Below, one piece after another: positions 24,338 to 35,200 of a DNA stretch of 64,000 nucleotides (within the stretch, counting starts at the first letter, position 1; each line of letters starts with the position of its first letter). The translations under genes were made by a program, and so were the position numbers. The DNA lies in assembly GCA_965215195.1 (NCBI GenBank), contig CBDCDC010000002.1, forward strand, positions 2,560,001-2,624,000, written 5' to 3'. The notes under the pieces were generated by a model. It was not told the origin of the DNA. It made no database searches and was given only the letters and a program-made list of their open reading frames with translations. Origin of the DNA: Candidatus Latescibacterota bacterium (GTDB taxonomy: Bacteria; Latescibacterota; UBA2968; UBA8231).

Positions 24338-26479
24338 TCAGATCATGCCGCTGCGCTTGCGCCCAAGCCACTCGATGGCCAGCAGGGCAATAGCCAAAAG
24401 CGCGGGCCACAGCGGCCCCCACAGCGGCAGAACCTCGGCCTTCTCGACCCAGCGCTTGCGCGGCGCGAGTTGTTCCAGCATATCCTCCCAGTCGGCGAGC
24501 GGATAGGCGCGGCCACCACTGGCGCGGGCCAGCTCGCCCAAGAGCAATGGATCGGCGCGCAAATCCCCAAGCTCAATGCTGTACTCTTCAACGACAAAGC
24601 GGCCTGTAACCGTGCCCACTGCGGCCTGGTCAACTGAGGCACGGACCTCGTATTCATAGGTGCTGGGGACCAGCCCACTAGCGACGCCTCGGTAGTGCCC
24701 GGCTCCTTGTGATTGCAGATAGAATGCTTCTCGCCCGGCCAGCGCGACCCGCACCGTCGCCCCCGGCTGCGGCTTCAGCAGCTCGTCGAAAACCTGCACT
24801 GCGAAAACCACTTCCTCTCCCGCCCGGTACACGGGTCGCTCGGTCGAGGCGCGGACCCGCCCGCCCGGGGCGTCAAGCGCGAGCCACTTGGCGGCGTCGC
24901 GCCAGAACGTCCGAATGGTCTGCGGCCGACCATCGACCCCGCTGCTCATTAGATCGAGCCGCCAAAAAGACGCGGACAGGGCCGCGATGACCTTGCCCTC
25001 GCCATACGCGCCCGCAGCTATAACTGGCTCGCCGCCTATGCTCTCGACCAGCACGGTAGTACCCGGCCGCTGCTGCGCCGTGCGAAAGTAGCCCGGCAGC
25101 GGCGGCAACCGGGACCATGGATCGCCCGCGCCCTCGGGCTGGCGCACGACCGGATGGTGCCGGCCGGCGGCGCTGAGCCGCAACAAGATCTCGCCCGGTA
25201 CAAAGGGCGCTGGGCCAGCTACCTGAAGCGGCATGAGTGCGGCCAGCGGCGAGTCGGACCGCCAAGCCCGCGCCATCTTGGGACCACCGACAAGGAGCAA
25301 ACCGGCACCGGCGTACACGTGTTGGACCAGCGCAGCGGCGGGCGGGGCGTTGAGCAGCCACGTGCCTGGATTAACTAGCAGCACTACGTCCCGGTCCTGC
25401 AAAACAGCCGGACTCCACCCTCCTCCGTAGAACGCGTCCGGCTCCCGCTGAATCATGGTCTCGACAACCCAACTCGAATCCGCGCTTAAACTGCGGCGTA
25501 AAAAGGCTAGATCCTCGCTGGGGCCTCCGGCTAGCAACAGGACCCGCGTATGCCCTGCGAGAATGTGGGTAAACGCGAGGGCTTCGTTGTCAGCCGTTGA
25601 AAACTCCCCGGCCACGGGTGCGACGACCACGCGAAAAATGTGCGGGCCAGCCTGCTGGGGCGTCACCGCAAACGAGACGCGCTGCACCTGCCCGTCGCCC
25701 TCCAACAGCAGGGATTGTTTCTGGAGCGACCGCTCGCCTTCGTAGAGTTGGAGTTCTACGCGCTGCCCTTCGTACCCCCAGCTCCGCACCTTGGCGTCGA
25801 TTTGCTGGCTCTGGCCGACGTATCCGGTCTCAGGCGTACGCACATCCACGAGCTGGACATCGACGGGGACCTCCGCGCCCCCTACGCCGATCGCGTACAC
25901 GGGCACACCCAGTTCCGCGCTCACTTGTACCGGGGCGCGGCCCAAGTTGTGGCCCCCGTCGGAAAATAGGACCACGCCTTGTACGTGCTCTCGCTCGGCG
26001 ACCGCTTCCAAGCTGGCGGCGAGGGCGCGGCCTATATCGGTTGCCTGACCGCGAGTGCTTGCGGCCGCGACCGTATCGAGAGCGAGTGGATACGCAGACT
26101 CGGCAAATCCCCAAGCGCGGACTTCGGCCTGCTGCAAGCGCGCCGACCAACCTTCGTCGCCCAGCACGGCCGCGGCCTGTTGCAGGCGCGTGACAGGCCC
26201 TTCGGCCACCCTCATGCTCGGGCTCATATCGACCAATACCAGCACCAGTGGCCGGATGACCCGCTGGTGCCACCACGTCAAAACCGGCTCGCATAACACC
26301 AGGGCCAGCAAGGCCACGGCCGCGCCGCGCAACACCACGAGCACCATGCGGCGCTTGGGATCAACATCCGGGTACGTCCGCTGATATACCCAATAAACGA
26401 ATGCTAGTAGGAAGGGGAGCAGGACGAGGAATACACGGGGTCCCGCTAGCTGGAGATGGCTATCCGACCACTCAGACAC
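24338..26479 (-). CDS. membrane protein with VWA domain and GATase-like domain
   Basis: MIDAS motif DMSPSM, TD, FSDG; LLLVGG; C-terminal TM ending EWLGRKRSG. Confidence 0.75.
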   Translation of the reverse strand: MSEWSDSHLQLAGPRVFLVLLPFLLAFVYWVYQRTYPDVDPKRRMVLVVLRGAAVALLALVLCEPVLTWWHQRVIRPLVLVLVDMSPSMRVAEGPVTRLQQAAAVLGDEGWSARLQQAEVRAWGFAESAYPLALDTVAAASTRGQATDIGRALAASLEAVAEREHVQGVVLFSDGGHNLGRAPVQVSAELGVPVYAIGVGGAEVPVDVQLVDVRTPETGYVGQSQQIDAKVRSWGYEGQRVELQLYEGERSLQKQSLLLEGDGQVQRVSFAVTPQQAGPHIFRVVVAPVAGEFSTADNEALAFTHILAGHTRVLLLAGGPSEDLAFLRRSLSADSSWVVETMIQREPDAFYGGGWSPAVLQDRDVVLLVNPGTWLLNAPPAAALVQHVYAGAGLLLVGGPKMARAWRSDSPLAALMPLQVAGPAPFVPGEILLRLSAAGRHHPVVRQPEGAGDPWSRLPPLPGYFRTAQQRPGTTVLVESIGGEPVIAAGAYGEGKVIAALSASFWRLDLMSSGVDGRPQTIRTFWRDAAKWLALDAPGGRVRASTERPVYRAGEEVVFAVQVFDELLKPQPGATVRVALAGREAFYLQSQGAGHYRGVASGLVPSTYEYEVRASVDQAAVGTVTGRFVVEEYSIELGDLRADPLLLGELARASGGRAYPLADWEDMLEQLAPRKRWVEKAEVLPLWGPLWPALLAIALLAIEWLGRKRSGMI

Positions 26480-27482
26480 GCCAGCTCAGGCGGGGGGCGG
26501 CGTCCACATCAAGGCTGTCGCAGACGCCGCGGCTGAGGTAGAAGGCCCCAACAGCCCCCACCATGGCGGCATTATCCGTACACAAATCGTACGCCGGACA
26601 GTGGAACGACAGGCCGCGGCGCTCAACTGCGGCGCGCAGGCACTGGCGCAAACGCTGGTTGGCGGCAACGCCGCCCGCGAGGCAAACGGTCGCAACGTCT
26701 GCTCGATCCAAGGCCAACAGGGTTTTGGCAACTAAGGCATCCACCACGGCTTCTTGGAAGCTAGCGGCAATATGGGCGAGTTGCTGCGTACGCGCTTGCG
26801 GGGGAAGCGAGCGCACGTAGTGTAACACCGCGGTTTTTAGGCCGCTGAAGCTGAAGTCCATCTCGTCCACGAGGGCGCGGGGGAAGTCAATGGCCTCGGG
26901 ATCGCCATTCGCGGCCAACTCGGCGATGAGCCGGCCGCCGGCCACGGCTCCTTCCCCAGGCAGGAGCCCCAGCAGCTTGGCGACCTTGTCAAATGCCTCG
27001 CCGGCTGCGTCGTCGCGCGTGCGGCCCAGCACTTCGTATGAGCCGAGGGCGCACACCAAGACCAACTCGGTGTGCCCGCCCGACACCAGCAGCGTCAGGA
27101 AGGGGCTCTCGACCTGTGCGGCGACCAAGTTGGAAAACACGTGGGCCTCTAGGTGGTGGACGCCTACCAGCGGCTTGTTGCGCGCCAACGCCAACCCCTT
27201 GGCCAGCGACAGCCCCACGATCAACGACCCAACCAAGCCCGGCCCCCGCGTCGCCGCCACCCCATCCACTTCTTCCCAACCAATGCCCGCGCTCGCCAAG
27301 GCCTGCCGAACGACCGGCACCAACGCACGCATATGGGCGCGCGAGGCCAACTCGGGCACCACGCCCCCGTAGGGCGCGTGATCTTGTTGCGAGAAGATGA
27401 TATTGGAATGCACGGCGTACGACTCATCGACGACCGCCGCGGCCGTCTCATCGCAGGAGGTCTCCAGCCCCAGCACCAACAT
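26472..27482 (-). CDS. tsaD: tRNA N6-threonylcarbamoyladenosine transferase TsaD
   Basis: LGLETSCDET, GGVVPELASRAH, HHLEAH, SGGHT and CTDNAAM. Confidence 0.97.
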   Translation of the reverse strand: MLVLGLETSCDETAAAVVDESYAVHSNIIFSQQDHAPYGGVVPELASRAHMRALVPVVRQALASAGIGWEEVDGVAATRGPGLVGSLIVGLSLAKGLALARNKPLVGVHHLEAHVFSNLVAAQVESPFLTLLVSGGHTELVLVCALGSYEVLGRTRDDAAGEAFDKVAKLLGLLPGEGAVAGGRLIAELAANGDPEAIDFPRALVDEMDFSFSGLKTAVLHYVRSLPPQARTQQLAHIAASFQEAVVDALVAKTLLALDRADVATVCLAGGVAANQRLRQCLRAAVERRGLSFHCPAYDLCTDNAAMVGAVGAFYLSRGVCDSLDVDAAPRLSWRV

Positions 27483-27483
27483 T

Positions 27484-28446
27484 CTAATAGCTCACCAAAT
27501 CGACGTATGCCGGCGCGATCTGGCGCACCTCAAAAATCGGCGTCTCTGCGCTGCGCACCGGCAGCGTACGCCCCTGATATTCGGCGTAATCCACGTACAG
27601 CTCTATGTCGCGGGCTGGATCAAGTTGGGCGATCACGCCGATCCCGCCGCGCACCTTGACTTGGGCGGTGGCCGGCTCGGGCCGCAGGCGCACCTCGCCG
27701 GCATGGCGCACGGCAATCGGCACCCCGATTAAATCGTCCTCGGCCAACATCTGCACGGCGGTGCGCACACGCACTGCCTCGGGCACGAACGCGAGTTGCG
27801 TGTGCTCGGGATGCCGCAAGAACTGCTCTACGTCCACGTCTTCCGCGACATCCCGCAAGACCAGCGAATCCGTCTCCACATAACGCAATGCGGCGACTTG
27901 CTGCTGAGGACCGATCACCCGGACGCGCACGGGATCGGCTTGCACCGGCGTCACCTGTACGTGGGCAGCAGCCACTTCTATACTCGCTTGCACCCGCACC
28001 GGCACGTCCCGTTCCATTCTCGGCGCTAGGGCGATTGCAATTTCTTTTGGTTCGAGGATTTCCTTGACTTCGACATCCAAGTCGGTCGCCCGTTTGGTGA
28101 TTTGGGAAGGGGTCAAGCGGTGAATCCGGCCCTCGCCTTCGGCTCGCAGCCTCAGGACAAAGGAATCGTCATCCAAGTCAAACAGCAAATCCTTGCCCCC
28201 TCCTGTGACCAAGACGCGGACCGTGGAAGGCACTTCACTGGCCAGCACCATATCCCCTTCCACGCCCTCGCCCGGCGGCGGGACTTCGATCCAGAGGCGC
28301 ACTGCAATTTCTTTATCGTAGTACTTCTCTGTAACCGCGTGAAGCCACAGCGCAAAAGATAGGACCAGTGCGCCAGCCCTGATTCCCCAACTGCTTATAC
28401 TGATGTTGGCCAACAATGGACCCCATAAGAAGAAGAGGCTCCGCAA
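27484..28446 (-). CDS. YbbR/CdaR-like protein
   Basis: N-terminal TM and three YbbR-like repeats (PSTVRVLVTG, PVRVRVIGP, PATAQVKVRG). Start may be TTG about 28416. Confidence 0.75.
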   Translation of the reverse strand: MRSLFFLWGPLLANISISSWGIRAGALVLSFALWLHAVTEKYYDKEIAVRLWIEVPPPGEGVEGDMVLASEVPSTVRVLVTGGGKDLLFDLDDDSFVLRLRAEGEGRIHRLTPSQITKRATDLDVEVKEILEPKEIAIALAPRMERDVPVRVQASIEVAAAHVQVTPVQADPVRVRVIGPQQQVAALRYVETDSLVLRDVAEDVDVEQFLRHPEHTQLAFVPEAVRVRTAVQMLAEDDLIGVPIAVRHAGEVRLRPEPATAQVKVRGGIGVIAQLDPARDIELYVDYAEYQGRTLPVRSAETPIFEVRQIAPAYVDLVSY

Positions 28447-28461
28447 AAGGGGGCCTCTTCT
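28428..28461 (-). terminator. probable terminator after the small zinc-ribbon gene
   Basis: Stem AGAAGAGGCCCC/GGAGCCTCTTCT followed by TCTT on the minus strand. Confidence 0.55.
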
Positions 28462-28501
28462 CGTGATCTACTACTTTTACCGCGTGGCGAAGACGGGACC
28501 G

Positions 28502-28696
28502 CTACTTAAACGACCTCTTGAGTTCCTCGCCAATACTCAACTCGCCGTTGTCTATTCTTATGTGGTATCCGCAACTTGGATTCGTGCAGGCCCATGCCTT
28601 GTAGTGAATGGCCGCGCCGTCTCTTCCATAGTCGGAAAGCGGGATTAAAACGCCTTCCTTGCACTTCAAGCACGCAGGAAAATCAAACTTTTCCAT
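28502..28696 (-). CDS. small zinc-ribbon-like hypothetical protein
   Basis: CLKC...WACTNPSC; GAGAGGG RBS; own promoter and terminator. Confidence 0.8.
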   Translation of the reverse strand: MEKFDFPACLKCKEGVLIPLSDYGRDGAAIHYKAWACTNPSCGYHIRIDNGELSIGEELKRSFK

Positions 28697-28756
28697 CCGA
28701 CCCTCTCTTCCGGTTTTAGCGTACGGCCACTAGTACTAGGGGCCACGCTTCTGTTC

Positions 28757-28785
28757 AATGTACTCGTGCCGCCCTACTATGTCAA
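28757..28785 (-). promoter_or_regulatory. sigma70 promoter for the small zinc-ribbon gene
   Basis: TTGACA-17 bp-TACATT. Confidence 0.65.
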
Positions 28786-28800
28786 TTACAACGGGGGGAC

Positions 28801-29268
28801 TCACATTTGTCCAAGATGCGCGGCATATTCATATACGGCCCGCTCTTGGGCGGCCGTCTCCACCGAGCCGGGGCGCAGGTTCCGAACCTGCGTCAGGGCG
28901 TCCGCCGCGCTGCTGCCCATCCTCACCAAATAACTCGCCAACATCGTGCCCGTGCGCCCCAACCCCGCGCTGCAATGGACCATCACGGGCTGTCCTTGCT
29001 CAACCGCCTCGTCTACGAATTGGACAAACGCCCGTATATCCCCGAGCGAAGGCGGCTGCATATCCTGTATGGGCAGGTGCAAATACGCCATATCTCGCGC
29101 CTCCACCTCGCACACCTGCAGGGGATTCGCGGTCAGCGACACAATCGCCTTTATGCCCCGCGCCGCTAGCAAATCGAGATCGTCCTCTAGCCACTCCTCC
29201 TCCCAACCACCAATCTGTCCAGCACCCGCCAACCGACCCTCTAACAGCCAACCAAAATTGAACACCAT
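28801..29268 (-). CDS. dual-specificity protein phosphatase family protein
   Basis: VHCSAGLGRTG (CX5R), LPIQD acid loop and RPGSVET. Start ATG 29268 just after the moaE stop. Confidence 0.9.
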   Translation of the reverse strand: MVFNFGWLLEGRLAGAGQIGGWEEEWLEDDLDLLAARGIKAIVSLTANPLQVCEVEARDMAYLHLPIQDMQPPSLGDIRAFVQFVDEAVEQGQPVMVHCSAGLGRTGTMLASYLVRMGSSAADALTQVRNLRPGSVETAAQERAVYEYAAHLGQM

Positions 29269-29269
29269 A

Positions 29270-29710
29270 CTAGCTGCCCTCGTAGGCTGCCTGCGGCCCT
29301 TCAACCCAGCTTTCACCCCCGATCCCCACTTCCTTTTTCCATATCGGCACGATCTGCTTGAGCCGATCAATGGCGTACTGACACGCGGCCAGCGCCTCGG
29401 CCCGATGGGGGCTGGCGACGGCAATTAACACGCTAATTTCCCCGATTTTGAGCTTCCCCACCCGGTGAATCATCCCGACGTCCACGACGCCCCACCGTGC
29501 CTTCATCTCGTCGCCAATTTCCGCCATCTTCTTCTCGGCCATAGCCGGATAGGCTTCGTACAACAAGTAATCGGTTTGCTTGTCCCCGGAGTGATTGCGC
29601 ACCACCCCGGCAAACGTGGCCACTGCGCCATTTTCATCGCGTACCACCCCGGCAAACAAATCGCTGGGTTTAATTGGGTCTTCAGTAATTTTGAACACGT
29701 TAGCCCCCAC
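29270..29710 (-). CDS. moaE: molybdopterin synthase catalytic subunit
   Basis: GAVATFAGVVRN, YEAY, HRVG, SPHR and PIWKKE. Confidence 0.95.
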   Translation of the reverse strand: MGANVFKITEDPIKPSDLFAGVVRDENGAVATFAGVVRNHSGDKQTDYLLYEAYPAMAEKKMAEIGDEMKARWGVVDVGMIHRVGKLKIGEISVLIAVASPHRAEALAACQYAIDRLKQIVPIWKKEVGIGGESWVEGPQAAYEGS

Positions 29711-29945
29711 TTACAGGCGGAATAAGGGCTACCTCGTCGCCCGCTTTTAACGCGGTATGGCTCCCCGCGTACTCGGAATTAACCGCAATCGACAACACCT
29801 GCTGCACCGCGGCCAGTTGCGGATACGCGGCCACGAGCTCGCGCTGCAAATCCGCGACCCGGTAGCCTTCCGCAATCTCCCAGTCGCAGCTTCTGTGGCC
29901 GACTGCATCGCGGCAGGAAGCAAAAAATAAAACCTTGATTTTCAT
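29700..29945 (-). CDS. moaD: molybdopterin converting factor small subunit
   Basis: MKIKVLFFA...AVN...DEVALIPPVSGG with C-terminal GG. Confidence 0.95.
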   Translation of the reverse strand: MKIKVLFFASCRDAVGHRSCDWEIAEGYRVADLQRELVAAYPQLAAVQQVLSIAVNSEYAGSHTALKAGDEVALIPPVSGG

Positions 29946-29990
29946 ATCCAAGCGCAATAACGCCGCGGCCTTGCACAACGGGCCGCGGCG

Positions 29991-30027
29991 AAAAAAAGGA
30001 AATGGGACCCTTTTGAGGCCCCATTTC
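29991..30027 (-). terminator. intrinsic terminator
   Basis: GAAATGGGGCCTCAAAAGGGTCCCATTTC followed by CTTTTTTT. Confidence 0.85.
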
Positions 30028-30061
30028 ACTCACTGATTACTGCTGTTGTCTCACTGAAGAA

Positions 30062-32122
30062 CTACCTGAGCAGCACCATTTTGCGCTTAGCTACGTAGTC
30101 GCCGGCATGGAGCAAGTAAAAATACATGCCGCTGGCAACGCTAGCGCCGCTTTCGTTCCGGCCATCCCACATGGCTTGGTACTGACCTGCGGCCAGCGAC
30201 TCGCCATCAACCAGCTTGCGCACGACCTGACCCGCGATGTTGTAAATCGTCAGAGAGACGATGGCATCGCTGCTCAGCTCGTAGGGAATTGTCGTTTCTG
30301 GATTGAATGGGTTGGGATAGTTCTGACTCAGCGAATTGGCCAAAGGCACGGCCGCTAGCTGCTTGGCGGCAGCCCAAGCCGCGCTGAAGTCAACCGCCAA
30401 GTCGAGAGTCTTGCCGGCAGCATTCTCAGTGGTGGTACTCGCCTGAATGCTAAGGAAAGACACGACCTCAGCGTCAACCTCAATCGACGAATTGCCGTCG
30501 GTATCGGTCGTATTGCGCAAGAACGCGCTACCGCCAGGGGGAATCGTGCCGATACCGAGCACGGACACCGACTGCACACTCCGGTTATAGACATCCCACA
30601 AGATGCGCTGCCCCTCGCCCGGATTGCCCCAGAGATTGGTAAAATTGACCGAGTACTCGATCTCGCCAGGACTACTGTCATCGACCGCGCCCGTGTCGGC
30701 ACCAGAAATCAACGCGTTGCCAACCAGCGGTGCGGCGGCCGCCAGCATCGGATCCGGCCGATTGAGGTGCATGCTGCGATTCAACAACTCGGCATCCAAG
30801 TAATCGCGCATACCGGACGACGGGCCGAGGGACACACTGTGGATCACAATCTCCGCCTCCGTCTCTTCGGTAAAGCTGTCCGACGTGACAAGGGTAAAGG
30901 TTCCCAGTACACTATCGTCATTTACGGCGTCGTCATTGAGACTAACGACGGCACCACCTTGCACCTGACTCCCAGAGACTTCCACGGCCGGGGCCGACAG
31001 GCTAAACGCATCGGAACCCGCAAACGTGGTGGCCGCCAGATCAAAGGCATCCGCTGGCGACACTGTCAAGGTGACCGCAACCTGCTCAACGCCCACTAGC
31101 CCGGCCGCCGACAATTCAACTGGGATTTCTATACCCGGACCCGCGACTAGCTCATTGCGGGCCTTGTCATCGCTATTGAGGGAAACCTGCTCGACGAACA
31201 TCAACTGGTCGGCATCTGGCACCGCCCACATAGCGTTGAAGTCAACCGCCAAGCGCCTAACAGCACCGGCTGCATTCACAAGGTCCGTGCGCGCCCGAAC
31301 TTCGAGCGAAGTCGCAGCCGCCTTTAAGTTGCCTTCGGAGTCAAACTGAATCGCTGCATCGCCAGCCCCATCGGTCACATTCCGCAGGCATACATAGGCC
31401 CCGGAGGGAACCTCACCAACACCGAGCAGATAGACGGACCTCGAACCATTATTGGTGATGTCCCAAGCAATAGTTTGGCCCTTGGCAGAGTTGCCTTGGA
31501 AATTGACCGAAAACTCGAGCTCGCCGGGGCTGCCATCGGTAACCGCACCCGTGCCAATAGGCGAATAGGCCGGATTAGCCGCCAGCGACGAAGTGGCCGT
31601 CAGTGTCGCAGGGTTTATGGGCCAGTTGACGATCACGCCAAGGCCCAACGCCGCGGCGTCAAAAACATCTCGATCCACCGACGAGGCCCCCAAGGACGCG
31701 CTGTTCACCCAAATCTCAGCCGACGAATCTTCGTCAAAACTACTCGACGTCGTGAGGGTAAAAACACCCAAAGCACCATCGCCATCTACCGTCTCGCCGA
31801 GGGTGGCCACACCGCTTTTGATCTGCCCATCCCCTAACAATTCCACGCCAGGCGAAAAGCCAAAAGCAGGGGTAAACGTCGTCGCCGCTAAATCAAAGGC
31901 ATCAGCAGGCAATACTGTCAGGGTAACTTCAACTTGCTTTACCCCGACCATTCCAGCAGCCGACAGTGCCACCTGAACTTGTTCACCAGCACCGGCGGAT
32001 ACATATTCCTCACTGTCCAGCGAAATGACGACATTCGCGTTATTCCCGGCGGCAGCACCACCACAGAGTGCGAGCAACAGGGCGATGGCAAGAGGAAACA
32101 TCTTGCGTACGCTGTTCTTCAT
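30062..32122 (-). CDS. secreted protein with duplicated cohesin-like plus Ig-like modules and C-terminal FlgD-like/T9SS-type domain
   Basis: Signal peptide from ATG 32122 (AGAAGGAG RBS); two internal repeats (VxLSAAG.VGV.QV.VTLTV.PADAFDLAATTF ... SPGE.E.SVNF ... LAVDF.A.WA); tail QNYPNPFNP...KMVLLR. Confidence 0.8.
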   Translation of the reverse strand: MKNSVRKMFPLAIALLLALCGGAAAGNNANVVISLDSEEYVSAGAGEQVQVALSAAGMVGVKQVEVTLTVLPADAFDLAATTFTPAFGFSPGVELLGDGQIKSGVATLGETVDGDGALGVFTLTTSSSFDEDSSAEIWVNSASLGASSVDRDVFDAAALGLGVIVNWPINPATLTATSSLAANPAYSPIGTGAVTDGSPGELEFSVNFQGNSAKGQTIAWDITNNGSRSVYLLGVGEVPSGAYVCLRNVTDGAGDAAIQFDSEGNLKAAATSLEVRARTDLVNAAGAVRRLAVDFNAMWAVPDADQLMFVEQVSLNSDDKARNELVAGPGIEIPVELSAAGLVGVEQVAVTLTVSPADAFDLAATTFAGSDAFSLSAPAVEVSGSQVQGGAVVSLNDDAVNDDSVLGTFTLVTSDSFTEETEAEIVIHSVSLGPSSGMRDYLDAELLNRSMHLNRPDPMLAAAAPLVGNALISGADTGAVDDSSPGEIEYSVNFTNLWGNPGEGQRILWDVYNRSVQSVSVLGIGTIPPGGSAFLRNTTDTDGNSSIEVDAEVVSFLSIQASTTTENAAGKTLDLAVDFSAAWAAAKQLAAVPLANSLSQNYPNPFNPETTIPYELSSDAIVSLTIYNIAGQVVRKLVDGESLAAGQYQAMWDGRNESGASVASGMYFYLLHAGDYVAKRKMVLLR

Positions 32123-32164
32123 GGTTGCTTCTCCTTCTATATTGTAACCTGTTGATTTAATAGG

Positions 32165-32202
32165 GAAATGGGACCCCAATTTGAGGTTTGAGGTCCCATT
32201 TC
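32165..32202 (-). terminator. hairpin after the 1829-aa gene (weak terminator or mRNA-stabilising stem)
   Basis: GAAATGGGACC/GGTCCCATTTC with no long U tail; arms shared with the 29999-30027 hairpin. Confidence 0.6.
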
Positions 32203-32225
32203 ATTAACTCGCTGTGCAGTGGGTG

Positions 32226-35200
32226 CTACTTGAGCAACAGCATCTTCTTGACTTCGCGGAACTCACCACCCGCCTGCAGGTGGTAGAAATACAACCCCGA
32301 CGACAAGCTGTGCCCACTCTCGTTGGTCGCGTCCCACTCCACCACATACCGACCCGCGCTCTGATGCTCGGCCACCAGCGTCCGAACCGCCTGACCAACC
32401 ACGTTATACACGGTCAGTTCCACGTCCGCCGCCTGCGGCAACGCATACCGGATCGTCGTCGCCGGGTTGAACGGGTTCGGATAGTTATTCGCCAACGCGA
32501 ACACCGCCGGCCGCGTCTGCAACGCCACCGGAGCCGGCAGCACCAAGCGGTTGAAGCCAACGCTGTCATACGTCTGGCTGTCGGTGATCTCGATGACCGT
32601 ACTCTCGATCTCCGTCGTCGGCCGGAACACCAAGCGCAGCCCCACCTCCCCGTCGGAGACCACCGCGCCGTGAGCGACCAGCGCCAACACGCCGGCTTCG
32701 TCGGACAGCACCTGCGGGGCAGCCAACGCACTCCCGCCCAGCGGCTGATCGGTCAACGCCTCGACGAACTCCAGCTTGTCGGCGTCGTATTGCACCTGCA
32801 AGCCGTAGCCCTTGACCGCGACGAAGTCGGCCATGCGCACGTCGAGGACGAAGTCCTCACCCACGCTGGGCAGCGCCGTGCGCGCATCCACATACAGTCG
32901 CGCCTCTGCGTTCAGACCGGCGAACAGGGGCACGCGCTTGCCAGCGGCAGCCGTACTGCGACCGAAGTGGTCGGCAAAGACGAAGAAATCGTCGAAGTCG
33001 ATCGCCGCACTCGGTGCCAAGTCAAACGCCGGATCAAAACCAACGTCTTCGGCCGTCAAACCGAAGAAATCCGCTAGAATGAAGAAGTCGTCGAAGCCTA
33101 CGCGGTTGTCCGCGCCGAATAGGCCGAAGAGGGCGCGCCCTTCGCTATCGACCACGCGGTTGCGCACGGCCAGCGCCGTCTGCTCAAGCTCAGAACCCGT
33201 CTCGTTGTCTGCGTCGTAGGGCCGCACCTGATAGGTGTAGCGCACCCCGTTGAGCGCCGTCGCATCGACAAAGGACGCAACGCCGGCATCGACTTGCGCG
33301 ACCAAGACGAACTCGTCTTCGCCCGCTGCACGGCGATAGATGCCGTAGCCACGCACACCGACGACGGGCTCAGTCGCGGCCGGACCAATGGCCTCAGCCA
33401 CGACGCCCTGCAAGAGGCGATCAGACGGCGAGAGCGTCCACGTCAGGACGATGCGGCTGCCCTCGTCGTTGGGCGCATCCAAGACGCGGAGCGACGGCAC
33501 GGCTTCCGGCGCGATATTGTCGATAGCGCGAACCGGCTCTTCCGTCATGGTAATGGCCGAACTCTCCAGCACACCCTCAACGCTATTCAGCTTCGGGGCC
33601 ACGCCTTGAGCGAAAGCAAGCACTTCCGGCAGCAGCGAGGCGAACACCGGCGCATCACCGGCTTGAGCCGCTTCCCGGCTAGCCAGCAGCGTCTCGGCCA
33701 TCAACTCGTAGGGCTGGTTCACGTCTGCGGCGCGGACGAATGCGGCCTTCGCAGCACCGTGCGTGGTCTGGTTTCCGCGCTCGGCGGCAATGCCCCAGTT
33801 GGTAGCGACATTGTCGAGCGTGGCGACGATGGCGCGGCCAATCTGCACACCCGGCACGGCATCTACCATGGCCCAAGGAACCATTTCATTGTTCAGCACG
33901 GGCAGTTCGCGGAAGATGCGATAGCCGTCAATCCCGTCGTGATGCTCCGACAGGTCCCAAGTCAGCAGGACAAAGCCGCCTTGGTCGCCAGCGCCGTCAG
34001 CACCTTTGTAGTCTTCGGCCACTAGAGCGTCGGGAGCATCCAACGGAGGCTCAATAACCGCCACGACGAACGGCAGCGAATTAGAAGCACCGCTGCCATC
34101 CGTAACCGTGTAGGTAACGACAGCAGCCACAATCAGCTCCGTGGGCGTACCCGAGATCGTCCGCGTGGCCGCGTCAAACGACAAGCCAGCGGGGAGCCCG
34201 GACACGCTATATGTCAGCGGCGGGGTTCCACCCGAGACTTCCGGTAGCACTAGGTCAACGGCCTGACCAAAGACGAAGGGGATGACTCTATCGTCGTGCT
34301 CAGACGCTGGATTGGCCTTGCCAGCACCCCCATTGAACGCGCCGAACAATGCGCCAAGGTCGCCAAAGTCCAACATCGGGTTGACCGTGATGGAGAAAGT
34401 CAGCGACGCAGTCGCATCCGCCCCGTCGGTCGCCGTGTACGTAACTTCGACCACCGTCTTCTCGCTCACCTCGGCCAGCGTACCCGAAATCGTCCGCGTG
34501 GCCGCGTCAAACGCCAAGCCCGCCGGCAACTCGGAGACGCTATATGTAACGTCGCCCTCGCCCGTGCCGTCCAACACAGCCGGCAGTTCGATAGGATCAA
34601 TCGCCGTGCCAGCCGTGGACATCACGTCCGCAACCGAAGCCCCGTCGGCAAAGGCCAAAGGCGTCGGTTCAGGTTCTGGGGCCACTACTTCGGCGTCGGA
34701 TAGCGTGATATCGGCCGAGCCGCCGATCAAGCCGGCAATCGCCCCATTGAGCGTGATCGTCTCGTTGCCCTCATCCTCGCCATCGGCAGTGGGATCAATC
34801 AGCAAAGCGATCGAACCCGACGTCGAGCCGGCCTCAATGCGCAGCAGCGGATTGAACAGCGCCGAGTAATCCACATCGCGCGTCGCAACCGAACCACCAT
34901 CAATGGAGACGGATACCGTCGCGGCCTCGTCCAACACCTTGCCGTCCAACGTCGCCGTTATCGTAACCTCAGTCAACCCGGCGGCCTCGCTGATCGTGTG
35001 CGGCGATACCGACAGCGAGATGGTCGTACTCGGAGTTTCGTCGTCGGCGATCTTGATGTCCGTCTGCGCCGAGCCACCCGAGGCCGAAACCTGCACACCC
35101 AAGTACTTATTGCCATCCACCGCCGCGTTGTCCAGCGGCGTCAGGATCAGCGTCGTCGTCCCTTGGGTCTCGCCAGCGGCAATGGTGACGACGCCACCAA

